From: Phallusia mammillata
Taxonomy: Eukaryota
Direction of reading: 5' to 3'
Assembly: GCA_965637545.1 (NCBI GenBank)
Contig: OZ281494.1
Coordinates: forward strand, 17,918,001 to 17,982,000
Length of the DNA: 64,000 nt
In this document: one piece after another, positions 10,544 through 23,127 of the stretch
Numbering within the stretch: position 1 is the stretch's first letter
How the letters are laid out: every line of letters begins with the position of its first letter
Translations under genes and position numbers: made by a program
Notes under the pieces: model-generated
What the model saw: only the letters and a program-made list of their open reading frames with translations
The model's database searches: none
Told to the model about the DNA's origin: nothing

Positions 10544-13541
10544 CATAGATAACTTAATTCACTAGATGCGGTAAGCACTTTTATGCAGTCTTTCCAGTCT
10601 GACTACCGTGAATGAAAAAATATGCATTATGACGTCACACACTGAAGTAAACAAACTGGCGCCAGTTTGTATTCCTGGTGTTAGGAAGGTAAGTAATGGT
10701 TTATGCGCTCTTAGAAAGAGTTTGTGGGGCGTTTGAACTTTAAATGCGCTGTTTGTTTATCTTTTGTGCGTTTCTCATCTTTCATTGCGTGTTCACAGAC
10801 AGTTTAGTCAGTTAGGCTTTCAGTTGAGGAATGATCGTGTTTGTGAAGGAACTATTACCTTTTTTCTAGTTTAATCCCTTTTATTGCTCTCTGTATAGAC
10901 ACTGAAGATGCTTTTTAGCGAAATTACTTTGTTCTTCATACGACTGTCAACTGATTTTAACCAGGAAATAAAGATTTCCTAACTTATGATATACATATAA
11001 TGAGAGTTGATAATTGTTGCAACAATGGCAATAGCACACTGTCAGAATCAATTTACCAGGATTTCAAACACTCCCATGGATAAAATCTTCAATGTTGAAA
11101 GTGGATTCGGCAGAAGTTTAAAGTTCTGTCACGAGAAGTTTGTTTCCGTATTTCGAAACCCAAAGAAACAAGAAATTTCACCCTTTTCCTGTTTTTCTGC
11201 AATTATTTTTTCCCTCTTATAGGAAACATAAATTTCCCTTTTTTCTGCTTTTCCTTTCTTTTCTGCTTTAAGAGTTGATTTCCTGCGTTTCCCGCTTTTC
11301 TTCTTTAGTGTCCCCCATTTTTAACACAGACATATTGTGACCAAAATGACTCTAAAATATAAATTAATTTTATCTCATTTCACATGGAAAGTTTTTCTGT
11401 AAAATCAAGACCACAAAGCTGTGCAAATACTATTTTATTTTCAATATGCACCAACCTACTACAGGATAGATGAGTTCTTAAAAATGACATACAATCTTAA
11501 CATAAAATGCATGCAACTGTTTAGTGCCTACTGTAAAGCAAACATGTGTGCGATTTTCTGAAAAAGTTTAAATTGTACAATATTAATTATTGAAGTCATA
11601 TTTCTGTTTCTAAGCATTGTTTCATGTTCCACATTCTGTGTTGTAACACTTTACTGTTTGTGTCAGTGCATTGCAAAAAGCTGTTTTATTAACAAGTAAA
11701 ACACTCAAAAATATCTGGGAAACATTGTGTCCTTAGTTATAGAGCATGCCAGTTTGTGACTGTCATTAAAAAGGAAAATTTAGGTTGTCAAAATTGTACT
11801 GTAAATGAACCAATAAACGTACAAAAACATCCATGACCATAGTAATATAGTCATAAAAAAACAAAAAAATACTTCGAAAGCATACAACTATTGAATTACT
11901 TATTAGTGAAAATACCAAAACAAACAAATAAGCTAAAAAATGTGGCGGGTTCGTAAATATAATGAAAAACCTTTCGTTATATGTGCAGCTATTGCTGTTA
12001 CTTTCACAGCAGCTAATTCTTCCTCCAGCATGTAAAAATAGGCCAATCACTTTAAGAAAAAAATCTGCATTAAAAATGTAAAAAATTAGAGCCCATCATC
12101 CTATCTTAGAATGGAGTAATTTGACATAAATATTCTACCAAAAAAATACTATTTAAGTCTATGGACAACCAATTCTATGTTGGTGTCTACATGATTATAA
12201 TCTAATTACAAACACCTGGACAACACTTATTCATCATTCCTTTTCAACATGTTTTACTGACTGTGGAGTGCAAACAGTGGTAAAGAAAAACTATTCATTT
12301 TAAACCGAAATAAAAAAACTACCTTGGCAACCGATTTACATATGATTAGAGCAAAGATTTTGTTAAAATACATTGAGAGAATATGACCATATACACACTG
12401 CAAAGATACCTGTACACAACCTTCAGTCTGATTATACCAGCTGTTGAGTGTTTGTGTGCGTGTATGCAAAGTGGATTGTGAAGAAAGAGAGTGTAAAGTA
12501 CCAAAATCTACATTGGAATATAGAAAAAAATTTAAAGCTATTTCTGGAAACTGCAATCTAAATTACAGTCACAAAACAGCATGCACAGTATGCAATAATA
12601 GTAACAACTGACTTAATTTCTTGTTGTTGCTGTCATCAACAGTTCCATATTTCCTGTGCAAACATTGCCCATTTGCAAGAAGCATCTTTCGTTTGTTCAT
12701 GAGAAAAGCTGAGTTTGGAGAGGTCATTCAGAATCAATACTGTTGAAAAGATCCAGAACTTATATATGATAAGTTTCTAAATAACATAGTTTTTATTATT
12801 TTTGGTAAGTATTTTGTTTGCTCTTTGAAACAAGTATTTTTGGTTAACTTTTTTTAAAATGAAATCCCTTTCAAAAAACAGGTAGTTTTAACTTAAATTT
12901 TTATTGTGTTTCTTTTTTGTAAAGCTGCAGTATGACACAATAAACAATGTCTGTTGTTTGGCCACCTGACATCTATCTCACATACTCATTGCTGAATTTA
13001 CATTTATCGCCCTATATTCAATTCACATCTTGTTTAAACAGATTTCATTTCAAAATCAGTTAAAGCTTTGCAGCCTGTCCCTCACTCCAGGTACAATTTG
13101 GCTATTGGCGAAGGTCCTGGACAAAAAAAAAAAGTAACGACCACTACGGATTGCCCCCAGGGCGTGGTTGGAAAATCCAAAGAATAATTTGTAACTTTTT
13201 CTACACTTCTTTCAACAAAATTAAAACCAAGGCATTGCTGGCAACACGAACTTCACCACACTTTTCATAGTAGTGTGCTCGCTAAAGTTTTAAACTAGGT
13301 TGCAGACGACGTTCGCGCAGCCGTAATCACAACTTTGAGTTATCAATTGTGTCATTAAATTTAAAAAAAAATCACTCAGTAAAGGTCACATGTTTTCGCT
13401 TTATCACAGGCCACGCATCCTGGTGTCACCACGCGCCAAACTGAAATCATCCATCCATGACGGTAACAATCAACTGACAATGGTTACCGTAGTCAGACTG
13501 GAAAGACTGCATAAAAGTGCTTACCACTAGATTTATCTATG
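10544..13541. mobile_element. P-superfamily-like non-autonomous DNA transposon (~3.0 kb)
   Basis: Termini CATAGATAA...TTATCTATG with a long inner inverted repeat (GGTAAGCACTTTTATGCAGTCTTTCCAGTCTGACTAC at both ends). 7-bp TSD ATGAGAC (10537-10543 and 13542-13548). The empty site aatgagacgc is at ~24132 in the other duplicate. No transposase ORF found. Confidence 0.8.
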
Positions 13542-13996
13542 ATGAGACGCACCAATCGTTGCTTGCACGCTTGAGTGATCAAAGGTCTGCACGCTAGAGT
13601 AATTACACAATGCGTGCTGCGAAACCCTTCATATGTTTTGCAAAAATAAGACATAGCCTACGTTACAGAGGTATGATGCAAACAGGTTGTCCATACCATG
13701 TACTGATCGAGACGTTCTGTAGACCAAGTCTATACCTACACCATAATAACGACAGATGTATGCGAGCACAAAGGGTTTGCCAATAAAAGTAAATGGTCAA
13801 GAGTTGTAGCAAGTTGTATCGTGTGACACATATTCCACAACAGAGTTTCGGCAAGCATAGGAGGCAATGTTTTTGAAACAAAGGCGTGTTGGTACAAGAC
13901 GCAATTTGTGGGGCTTCACTCTTCGTCAAAGTCCTTAAACCAGCCTTGCAGCCTACCATGGCCTAAGCTCCAGCACAGCAGTGCTCGCCGAAGTAG

Positions 13997-14325
13997 GCTA
14001 ACTATGCTGCACAAAAGACCATTCATTGTAAAGAAATTGTACAAGATATTTTTTACATCAACTACCTTGGAAGTTTTTTTGAGCAGTTTGAGTAAAAGAA
14101 ACTGTTGTTTACCTCAAAATCTTTCACGGAGCGAACAAACGTGAGGAGTCGGCATACATTAGCAACATCGGTTGTTTTGTCAACTTTGCTGGACTTTAAA
14201 TCCTCCGAAAATTAGTTGAGAATGTCGTCACTTAAGTATTTAAACCGACTGCTAACAGCGTCATTTGATAGTGGTACCAAAGAAAGTTTGTCTTTTCCCC
14301 AAATAACTTTAGCCATTTGGAGTGC
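13997..14325 (-). pseudogene. decayed hAT-Charlie (SCAND3/ZBED5/FAM200-like) transposase fragment
   Basis: Reads ALQMAKVIWGKDKLSLVPLSNDAVSSRFKYLSDDILN*FSEDLKSSKVDKTTDVANVCRLLTFVRSV, then after a frameshift LKKTSKVVDVKNILYNFFTMNGL. This matches the PLSNxTVxRRI...DESTD...LLxFVR motifs of Charlie-type transposases. Confidence 0.75.
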
Positions 14326-14695
14326 AAAACACTATTACACCACAGATAACTTTGTTTGTGGTGCCCATGAACATACAAAAACGTTTTACATTTTTGGCGC
14401 TTGCGACGTAAATACTTAACTATATTTACTATCTGTAAAAGTTTAATCGAAATCTATCAAACATTTTGTGGCAAAACGAGTTTGAGAAACTTCGTGAAAA
14501 AATGACCCATTATGAATGCTTATGCATCGCTGTCATAGCTTAAGTGCATTTCACCAGGATGTCACATTACTGAAAATAGTAAGTTAACAAATCAACCAAC
14601 GTCACATAGCACAGTTGTAGTAGCGTACCTATCGCCAGGTGAGAAAGGGCGAAATTACAAATAATTCTGAAGAATGAAACCAGCAACGCTTTTTT

Positions 14696-14785
14696 TTACT
14701 TGAAGCAAACTTTCAGTAGAGGTCAATTGACGATTGATTTCATTGTGACACAATGCTGCAAAAACTTCATCCAACACTTTGCCCG
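14696..14785 (-). pseudogene. FBXO28 exon-3 fragment at the tandem-duplication junction
   Basis: About 93% identical to 26232-26321. Encodes GKVLDEVFAALCHNEINRQLTSTESLLQ versus GKVLDEVFAVLRHIEINRQLTSTASLLQ. It is truncated where CRIP 3'-end homology begins. Confidence 0.9.
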
Positions 14786-15198
14786 ATAAAATATCAATAT
14801 TTTATTGCATAGCAGAGCGTTTATTGTCTTTGAAAATATGGAAGTTTATATTTTGGAAAGAATTAAGGCTAGTAGCCGTCTTGTTAGTTTTTCATACATT
14901 CCAATGTTTAAAACGCGGCATTTTGATCACAAACGATGATTTTACATACAAAACTTTGTACACACAATTCTAATACAATAGGTGAAACATAAATGCAATG
15001 GGAAGTTCAAACAATGGGTTGATGTAATTTCATAATACTTTACGTTTAAGATTTGATAAAAAGTTTGCAGTTTAATGTTGTGGCAAAAAACGCTAATACG
15101 CAGCAAAAATATAGCAATGGGTTGTGTACGTTTAAAACATTTGGTCGTTGTCGGTTCATAGTGGCAGATGTATTTCATTTACTTCTGCAGCATACTAT

Positions 15199-15460
15199 AT
15201 GAAAAAGTCGGGGACGGAAAAATCAACGGTATAATACAAGTCGGCATGTATACATTATAGCTACATGATTACATCATTTTTTGATCGATTGAATATACAG
15301 TTTGCACAAAAAATGTCGACAAGGTGCAATGAAAAAGTCGGGGACGGAAAAATCAACGGTATAATACAAGTCGGCATGTATACATTATAGCTACATGATT
15401 ACATCATTTTTTGGTCGATTGAACATACAGTTGGCACAAAAAATGTCGACAAGGTGCGAT
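15199..15460. repeat. 130-bp tandem duplication in the CRIP-B 3'UTR
   Basis: atgaaaaagtcggggacgg...aaggtgc(a/g)at occurs twice, starting at 15199 and 15329, with few mismatches. Paralogue A has a single copy (~2460-2600). Confidence 0.9.
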
Positions 15461-15463
15461 GTT

Positions 15464-18400
15464 CTACTTGTATTGGTAACTCTCCGTCCCACCACGCCCA
15501 AAACCTGAAATACAAACAAGTAACAACAGTTAAAACAGGAAAGACTTTTAGCACTAAAATATTTTCTCTTTGGTTTCAGTTTTGTGTCTAATGTTAATGC
15601 TTGAAATGTGATATTGGTGTGAATTGTGCACCTGGTATGCACCACTTATTTGGATTTTCCAAAAAAAATAAAGAAACAAGAACGAAACAGTAAAATTGTC
15701 TCGCTAAACATCAATAATGTGAAGTAAAGTTATCGAACGAAATATTACATTCTAATAAAACTTTTTCAAAGAATATTGTCAGGTGATTTTAGGGCGTAAC
15801 ATCAGGTTAAAAGTTTAGCAAATCAAGTGAGACAAGCAATTTAGGTCCATGAAGAATGTAGCACCGGGTAATGCATCTTCTACCAGCGACTGTTTGGTAA
15901 AAACAATGTCTGACGCAAGTGAACACGTTTCCGCTTCTTTTTTCGATTCTAAACTGCCTGCATATACATCGTTACGTAACAGTACATATTGTTTGTACTA
16001 AAATATCACGAGCCTACTGGTGTAAAGGTCTTGAACAGTGGCCTCATAATATACATAGGTTACGCTTTATTTCGTTTAGACGTGATTTCTTATATACACA
16101 GAGTTTTATTGTTTAAACGCATTATTTCTTACACTAAGCGCTTGGTAAATAAAACAATTTTATAACGAGACACGTTCTCATAAGTCAGTATTAGAGCAAA
16201 AATTACAAAAGCCCCTATTCTATTTGATACTTCGTTCCCAAAATATATGTTGGACCTCTCCTGTCTTTAATTGTTTTTACATGCTATCTATTAGGTAGAG
16301 CAGTGCTCTTCAACCTTTTTCCCCGTTGCATACCTTTTACAATTTTTGAGCAACTTTGTATACCCTACACATAGCAATTTATAAATGTGCACAGAAAGTA
16401 ACAGTCTACCAATAGGTACTTGCATGGTCGCGTGAATTATTGTTAGGCTATACAAGGCCAGGAGTACAAAACCTGTGGCCGTGAACATGTAAACTGAAAT
16501 ATTTGGATTTGCAAAACTAGTTTGAGGGGCTGGAAAAAATATTAACAGCCCAGAAGCCGAATGTTTGAGACTTTTTGTAAGCCTATTATGGGTAAACAAT
16601 GCGAAAACAGGCATCATTAGCGTCACAATTTAGATGGTGACGTTATAAACAGTAAAGTCTGATCCCTAGACTGTTCTACGTAACAAGCTAGAAATTAAAT
16701 TGGCTATCAGGCACTGTTAATAAAGATTAACGATGCGGCCGTCACAGCGGAAAGGTTGTGCACCCCCTGTGCTACGTCCAGGAAATGTAGCATACAAAAG
16801 TGTGTAAACGTAAGAAGTTGATTTAATGGCTGGCTTGTTGCTGCATTCTTTCAGCGATTTGGACATGTGGTGTGGTGTTGACTTGTTCTCATGTGGTGTG
16901 GTGTTGACGTGTTCTCAATTTTTTGTATTCGCAATCCTTTACTCCAGGAATATTCAAAGTAAAATTTTAGAAAGTACATTGTTCAACCTTAACAGATACT
17001 CCAGGCATAGGCGCCCACTTGCTAAAATCGGCGGGGAGGCAGAATTTTATACCTCGGTAATGACGAAAATATTTTCAGCCTGGACGTCACCTAAAGTCGC
17101 AAGTTACACCCTTTGCAGTGTTTCTGTACTGGTACACAAAACATTAGCAGGTGATGCCGACCCAACTATACAGTCATAATTTTTTTCTTTCACTGCAACA
17201 AAGTCATGTTTTATTTTTACGCAACAAGGCGCACATGCCTCTCAAAAGCCGTTGTAGTAATCGCTTCTTACGTTTCTAGGTCGTTTGGTTGGTTTCAACC
17301 ATGTTTTCTATTTACGCAGCAACTTGCATGTAACGCATTTAAGTTTAGTTTATAAAGCCCGCGAAGGTTTTGTTCTTAATGTATATCATGGAAAATAACG
17401 AGTTAACCGTTGAAATTTAATTTGCCACGAAAGTGTCCACACAACAACGTGTGGTCTTAAGTTTACCTAGTTTTACACTTCACAGGACGTATAAAATTGA
17501 TTCAAAAACAATTTGTTACATCTCAGACAAGACTTGAAGTATCAATGCTTTCGTTACTGTGCGTATACAAGTGATGACATAAATGAGAAGTTAGTAATTT
17601 ATGCCACAAATTTATTGTTTGACAGTAGCGCTATCTATTGTAGCTCCTGTTGGTCCCACAAAAGCGCTTTGTAGACCACAATTGCGGAACGGCGCTGCGT
17701 TTGTGCTGGTAAGCTAATATCATTTTCATGTTATGCGGCTCACCCTGAAAAAAATTGGCTACCCCCGTTGTAAACGATGTCAATTTCTATCGATGTTGAT
17801 GACCTAGTTTTAGCAAACACTTATTGCATGTTTTTATCCAATGGCTCATTACTTATAACCAGGGTTGCCATCGACATGGAACTCGAAATAAGGACACACG
17901 AACAATTGGACTTTCATGTCAAACGAAACAAACGTTTTTGAACAAATCTTTGCATTTATACGAGCCTTGACATATCACTTTGCCAAGGAACAATCTGTGT
18001 TCCAACTCCTTGGTTCGTAGAAAACACGTAGTGCATCTCACGACATCCCAGGTCTAGGTTTACTTTTATCAGGGATTTGACTTGTAATTGTTAAAAATAA
18101 GGACAGTTTTTAAAAATAAGGACAAAAACTTTTTCTAATGATCTTAGAAATAAGGACGGTATGGCAACCCTGTGACGTAACAATATGCGTTGTTTGATTT
18201 TTCAGAAAGGTCTGTCTGTTCAAACTAGGCGATTGTTGACTGAGCAGTAGTACAGAGTTACTACAAAACTGTGTGTGCATAAATTAACGCAAAACTTGTT
18301 TATGACGTAGTCAGCGACGCAGATACCCGGGGAGGCGGCGCCTCCCCGCCTCCCCATAAGTGGGCGCCAGTGACTCCAGGTATGTGCTTATTTGCTTCAC

Positions 18401-21400
18401 AATTCACATTATTGACGCAACAATCCCAACCTGACGCAATAATATTTACAACAAGCAGGTCAGTCTCACATAGGTCAACATGCTATGTCTTCCTGCATTT
18501 CATAAAAATAGCGACGTCTAGTAACACTGACCTCAGCTGTATTCCCTTCGTACCTTTCTTCAGTCGTATACCCTAATTTTAATGTGGTATACACTTGGGT
18601 ATACAGTATACCCGGTTGAAGAGCACTGAGGTAGAGTCTAGAGTTCATTGTTTTCCGCAAAAGGCAGGAGTCACCAAAGTTTTTTCACAGCGGGCCGGAT
18701 AATTTTAATAATCCAGCACGAGGGCCACATGGCTTACGAGCCCTGAAGCAGCCTTCTCCAAACTGGAACTCGCAAGGTAGTTTTGACGGGACGCCAAGGG
18801 TTTATGTATTTCCTCAATCTTATTTTTATTCCGATGGCGTCGCTAGTAAACTGTAAAATTGTAAAGAAATGTCTCATCCACCAACTAATGCTTCTTTGTT
18901 CTATCACAAGTAACAAAGATTGTTTGTGCACAACTACTATTATCTTTTCTGTGACGCAACAAACCGCTTTTTGGCCAGAAAAGCTACCCATCCGCTGTAA
19001 TCGTGTTAGACCAGGTAAAACGCATTTTATTAGTGAAGTGCATTCTGCAGGTTTGCGCAATCTTTAACGTATTACGTAACAAAACATTCCAAACGTTTTG
19101 TTAAACTAAAAATACTTTCGCGGGCCGGATAAATGACGCCGAGTGCGTGATCCGGCCCGCGGGCTGTAGTTTCGTGACCCTCGACGTAGGGCGTCATTCG
19201 TTTCGGTGTAAGTCTCTTGTTTGAGGAGTGTCTAACAAATACGCAAACACGACACGTTTTGTCACAGGTGACGGGTTTGACATTTTAAGGCGTCTGTGGC
19301 GTTTAATCAAAGAGTAGAGAGAGAGCGACGCGCTTCAGGGCCTGGCATTCGCTAATCCTTTTGACGTCACCACGTAGTAACCGTTAAAGTTCAAACCTTA
19401 ATAAGGATTTCATCTTCAAGGCAAAACTAAAGATAATGAAAACTTAAACAGTCTGGGTCCGTACTGCGTTTAATTTGTAATTTGGTATTTTGTAAATAGG
19501 GATGAATTCAAATTCAGTTCAATTAACCCGTTTCATGGTTTAGAATGCGCCGAAGCAATTTTGGGCGACTTCCTGTCGTCTATTCACAAAGGTCCTCTTT
19601 GTTGGCCAACCCTTTCTATTTTCGTCATCGCTTATCGTCAATCCCTACGGTTTTGGTTGGTAAAAGCTTTCAGGGTTGGGCGGACATGAATAAAACGAAA
19701 TGAAAAACCGCTATTCGCCCGTTTTGATGTATGAATTAACTTCAAAATATAAAAATTGGAAGATCAACTAGAAGAAAACATTTCCTTCACACAAATACAA
19801 GTTTTTTGCAAGTTTTAAGCCGTGATAGCCACGATCATAACCCGAACCTGGGTTATGATGTGGGAAGAAATAAGTATGCATACACACAGATATTAAGGGT
19901 ACATGATGTAGATCGCTGTCAAAACTGCTCCAATGCAAACAATATAACCGTTACACATTTTGTAAAGGCCGAAACCAGGGGTGTGCAAGTGCAACCTTTG
20001 TTGCTGTAGGGCCAAATATAATTGCCAAAATTAGATCACGGGCCGCACCCGTGTATAACACACGAGGTGATTTCAATTTGTTGCTAACCAAATGTGCTTA
20101 ACTACAAGTAAAATTCGCATTTGATTCTAGTCACATACTGCCAGGTTGCAGAAAAATAGCGTTGGACGCATTAATCTGCTCAAAGACATTTATTAGTTAG
20201 ACTCGTTTGTCAGTACATTTAAAATCCAAGCGTCTCTGTGGGCCGCACAACCTTTAATTAAGGGCCGCATTTGGCCCACGGGCCGCAGGTTGCACACCCC
20301 TGGCCTAAACTATATACAGCGGTGTGTAACAAGTCTTCCTTTTGCAGCCCCAAGGGCATTCAGAAAATAACTTATTTCGTCGGCGCCTTGAAAACGCGGA
20401 GTGGAACGTGCTGAATGCCAATCCAAAATCTGTACCAGGGTATTGTGTTTCGCTTAAGTGAGTAAATATGGGCGTTTTGTAGGAAACGCGATAGGCGGAG
20501 CCTAAAGGCCGTGAAGAGACTTAAATTATAGGGGTCTGGAACTCATACGTACTTTAAAAATAAATGGCAATTTACGATGTAACCAATTTTGATACAAAGG
20601 CTTAATCATATATGTCCACATTAAAAAAACGAGGTTTTGCACTTTACCTGGAGAAGTTCAAACGTCAAAATTGTTGTATATAGTCGAATAAACAAAACAA
20701 ACAACGCAGTGCGCTGTTGCTGAATCAAAAACTACTTGCATTGGCTTAATGACGCACAAAACATTTTGAAAGTTTTGTAGGGTGCCACATGCACTTAGTT
20801 TTACACATTTTTCTAAAGAATTAATGTCTAACTGTTAACCCACCTCCTGGTCCAAACATAGCAGCGTAGCACGGTTTGTTGCAGTATGGCTTTCCTTCGT
20901 GCTAACAACAACAACAAAAAAACAATCAAAAGTTTAAATGGGTTTCAAAAAATTGGTTCATGACAAAGTATCACGCGCAATAGCAATCGCTGCTGCTTTA
21001 CACCAAATCATCTGTTAGGCATAACTCTTATTTGTCCTGATAAAGGTAACCAAAAACGGATGTCGATATGAAAACACATTTGCTAGAAAACCTATTTTAA
21101 GAATTACGCATAAGATAAACTAGGGAAATATTTGGTGAAAAGAAGCATCAACGGCTTTACTTAACATTAAGTTTTACAATTACCCTAAGAAACGAGATTA
21201 ATCGTCAAGATACAATCGTCAAACACAGGATATATTTAAGCCAAATACCCACAGTATATGACTGTCAATAACAGCGTTTTTAGAAAACAAGGTGTATTTA
21301 GTTTCACACACTGACATAGATACCTCGGCATGGCTTCCAGACACCAGCGTCTTTTTACATTTTGCGCATTTCAAGCAAGGGCGGTGCCAATCTTTTCCAA

Positions 21401-23127
21401 GTGATGTCACTTTCTCGGCTAAAACATAAATAAAGTGCAGAATGACACAATGTGGTTTGATTTGTACAAATTACATTTATCATTCAAAACAGGGGTGATG
21501 GATTAAAGGGCGTCAATCTTTTGAAAACCTAAAAAGTAAGCAAATGTTCTAAAAAATAAATCATTTTAGTCGTTTTTATCGAACTAAATCGTCAAAAATT
21601 GCCCACAAAGGCGTAACGGCAAGTTTAATTTATTTACCCTGGCCTCATTTATGGATACGCATAACTCGGGTGGCTTACGGCTTTTATTTGTAAAACATTT
21701 TTAGCTGTTGATTAGTTTTAAGTAATAACATAGTAGGGAGTTGTTAAAATATGGATTAAGCTGATTTTGCGTTCATTGATTTAAGTGTGACGGTCTGGTG
21801 AACACAGGAAGAACATGCATTATTCACTTTACATCGACGGGTGACAACTGCTTTCTAAGTTTCAATATCACTTTAAAAGGACTAATATACATTACTCTAT
21901 GCAACTTCCACATAGTTCGAATTTGTATCATTTCTTTTATTACGACGGGTATTTATTAAAACTCTATGACCTTATTTGTTGAAAAATTATTTGGCAAATC
22001 CATTGCGCGTGTTGCTTACACGGAACAACAAAAATATATGCAGAATAATAAACAATGACCCAGTTGGAAAAGGCAATAGTGTGATAGAGATAGTTCGCAT
22101 ACGTTTATTCGATGCGTCAAAGAACAAAAAAGCCTTATGCAAAGCAAAAATTCGGAATTATTGTGTTCTCATAAAAAAGAACGCCCTTGGTAAATAAACT
22201 GTAAACGTATGAGTTTTATTGAAATTTACAACTAATTCGCATTCTGTAGCCGTTGGCGAACACCACTCAACTACAATTAAAAGATTACCACATTTCCGTT
22301 GAAAACGCTCGAAGCGTTGTTTTGTATCACGATCAGTTGTAGTAGGTTTACCAGTAATGAGCAAACAAAGTTTGTGTTGGTAAGAGCTGTTCAATGATTA
22401 CACCGAACCTCACCACAAAGTCAACAGCAATGGGTGACCCAATCTGGAGCCACGCCCACATGCACACAAAGCAAAGGGCGCTAACTATCCTTGTTGATTA
22501 GGAAATATCAAGAACATTGTCAATTATTGCAAGCTGTTTTTCGTTTGAGTGGCACAGACACACACTGTGCCGTAAACAGGAAAAGCTTACTCAGTTTTTT
22601 GAAATGAGTCAAAATAATGATAAGGTGAATGGGGATACGTTTCTTGTGTGAAACTTTGCAGATGTTCTGTATGCAATTCACACGTAATTGCAACTATAAG
22701 ATTTCATACAAAGCTGGAGTACATCGTCATACAAAGCAAAAAACGTGGATTTATATCACAGTCATCTTAAGAACCGTGCGCAAACATGGTTATGTCGTTA
22801 CGCCAAATACCAGCCCAGCACACAAGCCGCGTGACTGCGTCATTTATTTTTCGTGAAGGCACTTATACGTAGTAGTGATAGCTAACCCTTATTTGGACAC
22901 AAGCGCTGAGGTATATTCATAAATCTTTCTGGTATGTAACTAGGTTAGTTAAATCAACCGAAAGCTCTTGATTAAAACAGATAATTACAAGCAGTCGATA
23001 TTATGCCTAATTTATTACTTGATACAAGTAACATGGTTTTACAATCATAGTTAAATATTGAAGCCAATGTTGAATAAATCCACTTACCAAAGTAAACTTC
23101 TTTGTTGCAGGATGGGCACTTTGGCAT
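15464..23127 (-). CDS. CRIP1: cysteine-rich intestinal protein (single LIM domain), paralogue B, 77 aa
   Basis: Exons 23127-23088 (40), 21418-21324 (95), 20901-20844 (58), 15504-15464 (41), all GT-AG. They translate to [83 protein letters not shown] on the minus strand at 14801-14806. Confidence 0.95.
17006..18372. mobile_element. hAT (Tip100-like) element nested in the 16301-18628 element
   Basis: TIR CATAGGCGCCCACTT / AAGTGGGCGCCAGTG. Perfect 8-bp TSD ACTCCAGG (16998-17005, 18373-18380). Confidence 0.85.
17860..18172. mobile_element. hAT (Blackjack-like) MITE, innermost nested layer
   Basis: 12-bp TIR CAGGGTTGCCAT/ATGGCAACCCTG with repeated AAATAAGGAC subterminal motifs. TSD not clearly preserved. 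Confidence 0.7.
18665..19183. mobile_element. hAT MITE (GGGCCG-type subterminal repeats)
   Basis: Ends CAGGAGTCACCAAA...TTTCGTGACCCTCG with GCGGGCCGGATAA repeats. Absent from paralogue A (~3805). TSD degenerate. Confidence 0.65.
19335..19396 (-). CDS. candidate alternative terminal exon of CRIP paralogue B ([20 protein letters not shown])
   Basis: Paralogue of 3973-4034 with the same TAAG acceptor, frame and stop position. Confidence 0.6.
19976..20302. mobile_element. hAT MITE
   Basis: TIR CAGGGGTGTGCAA/TTGCACACCCCTG. 8-bp TSD gccgaaac/gcctaaac. GGGCCGCA subterminal repeats. Confidence 0.85.

Larger units (their letters stand above)
16301..18628. mobile_element. hAT element (outer layer of a nested insertion) in CRIP-B intron 3
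   Basis: Perfect 15-bp TIR CAGTGCTCTTCAACC. Perfect 8-bp TSD AGGTAGAG (16293-16300, 18629-18636). Absent in paralogue A (~3775). Confidence 0.9.

Noticed and set aside
20348-20592. Plus-strand exon-like pair (20348-20457 with cag/gtgagt, and 20532-20592) antisense to CRIP-B
   Set aside because: Copy A lacks the donor and has a 1-nt frameshift. There is no upstream coding exon or recognisable product. Not fully excluded without RNA data.
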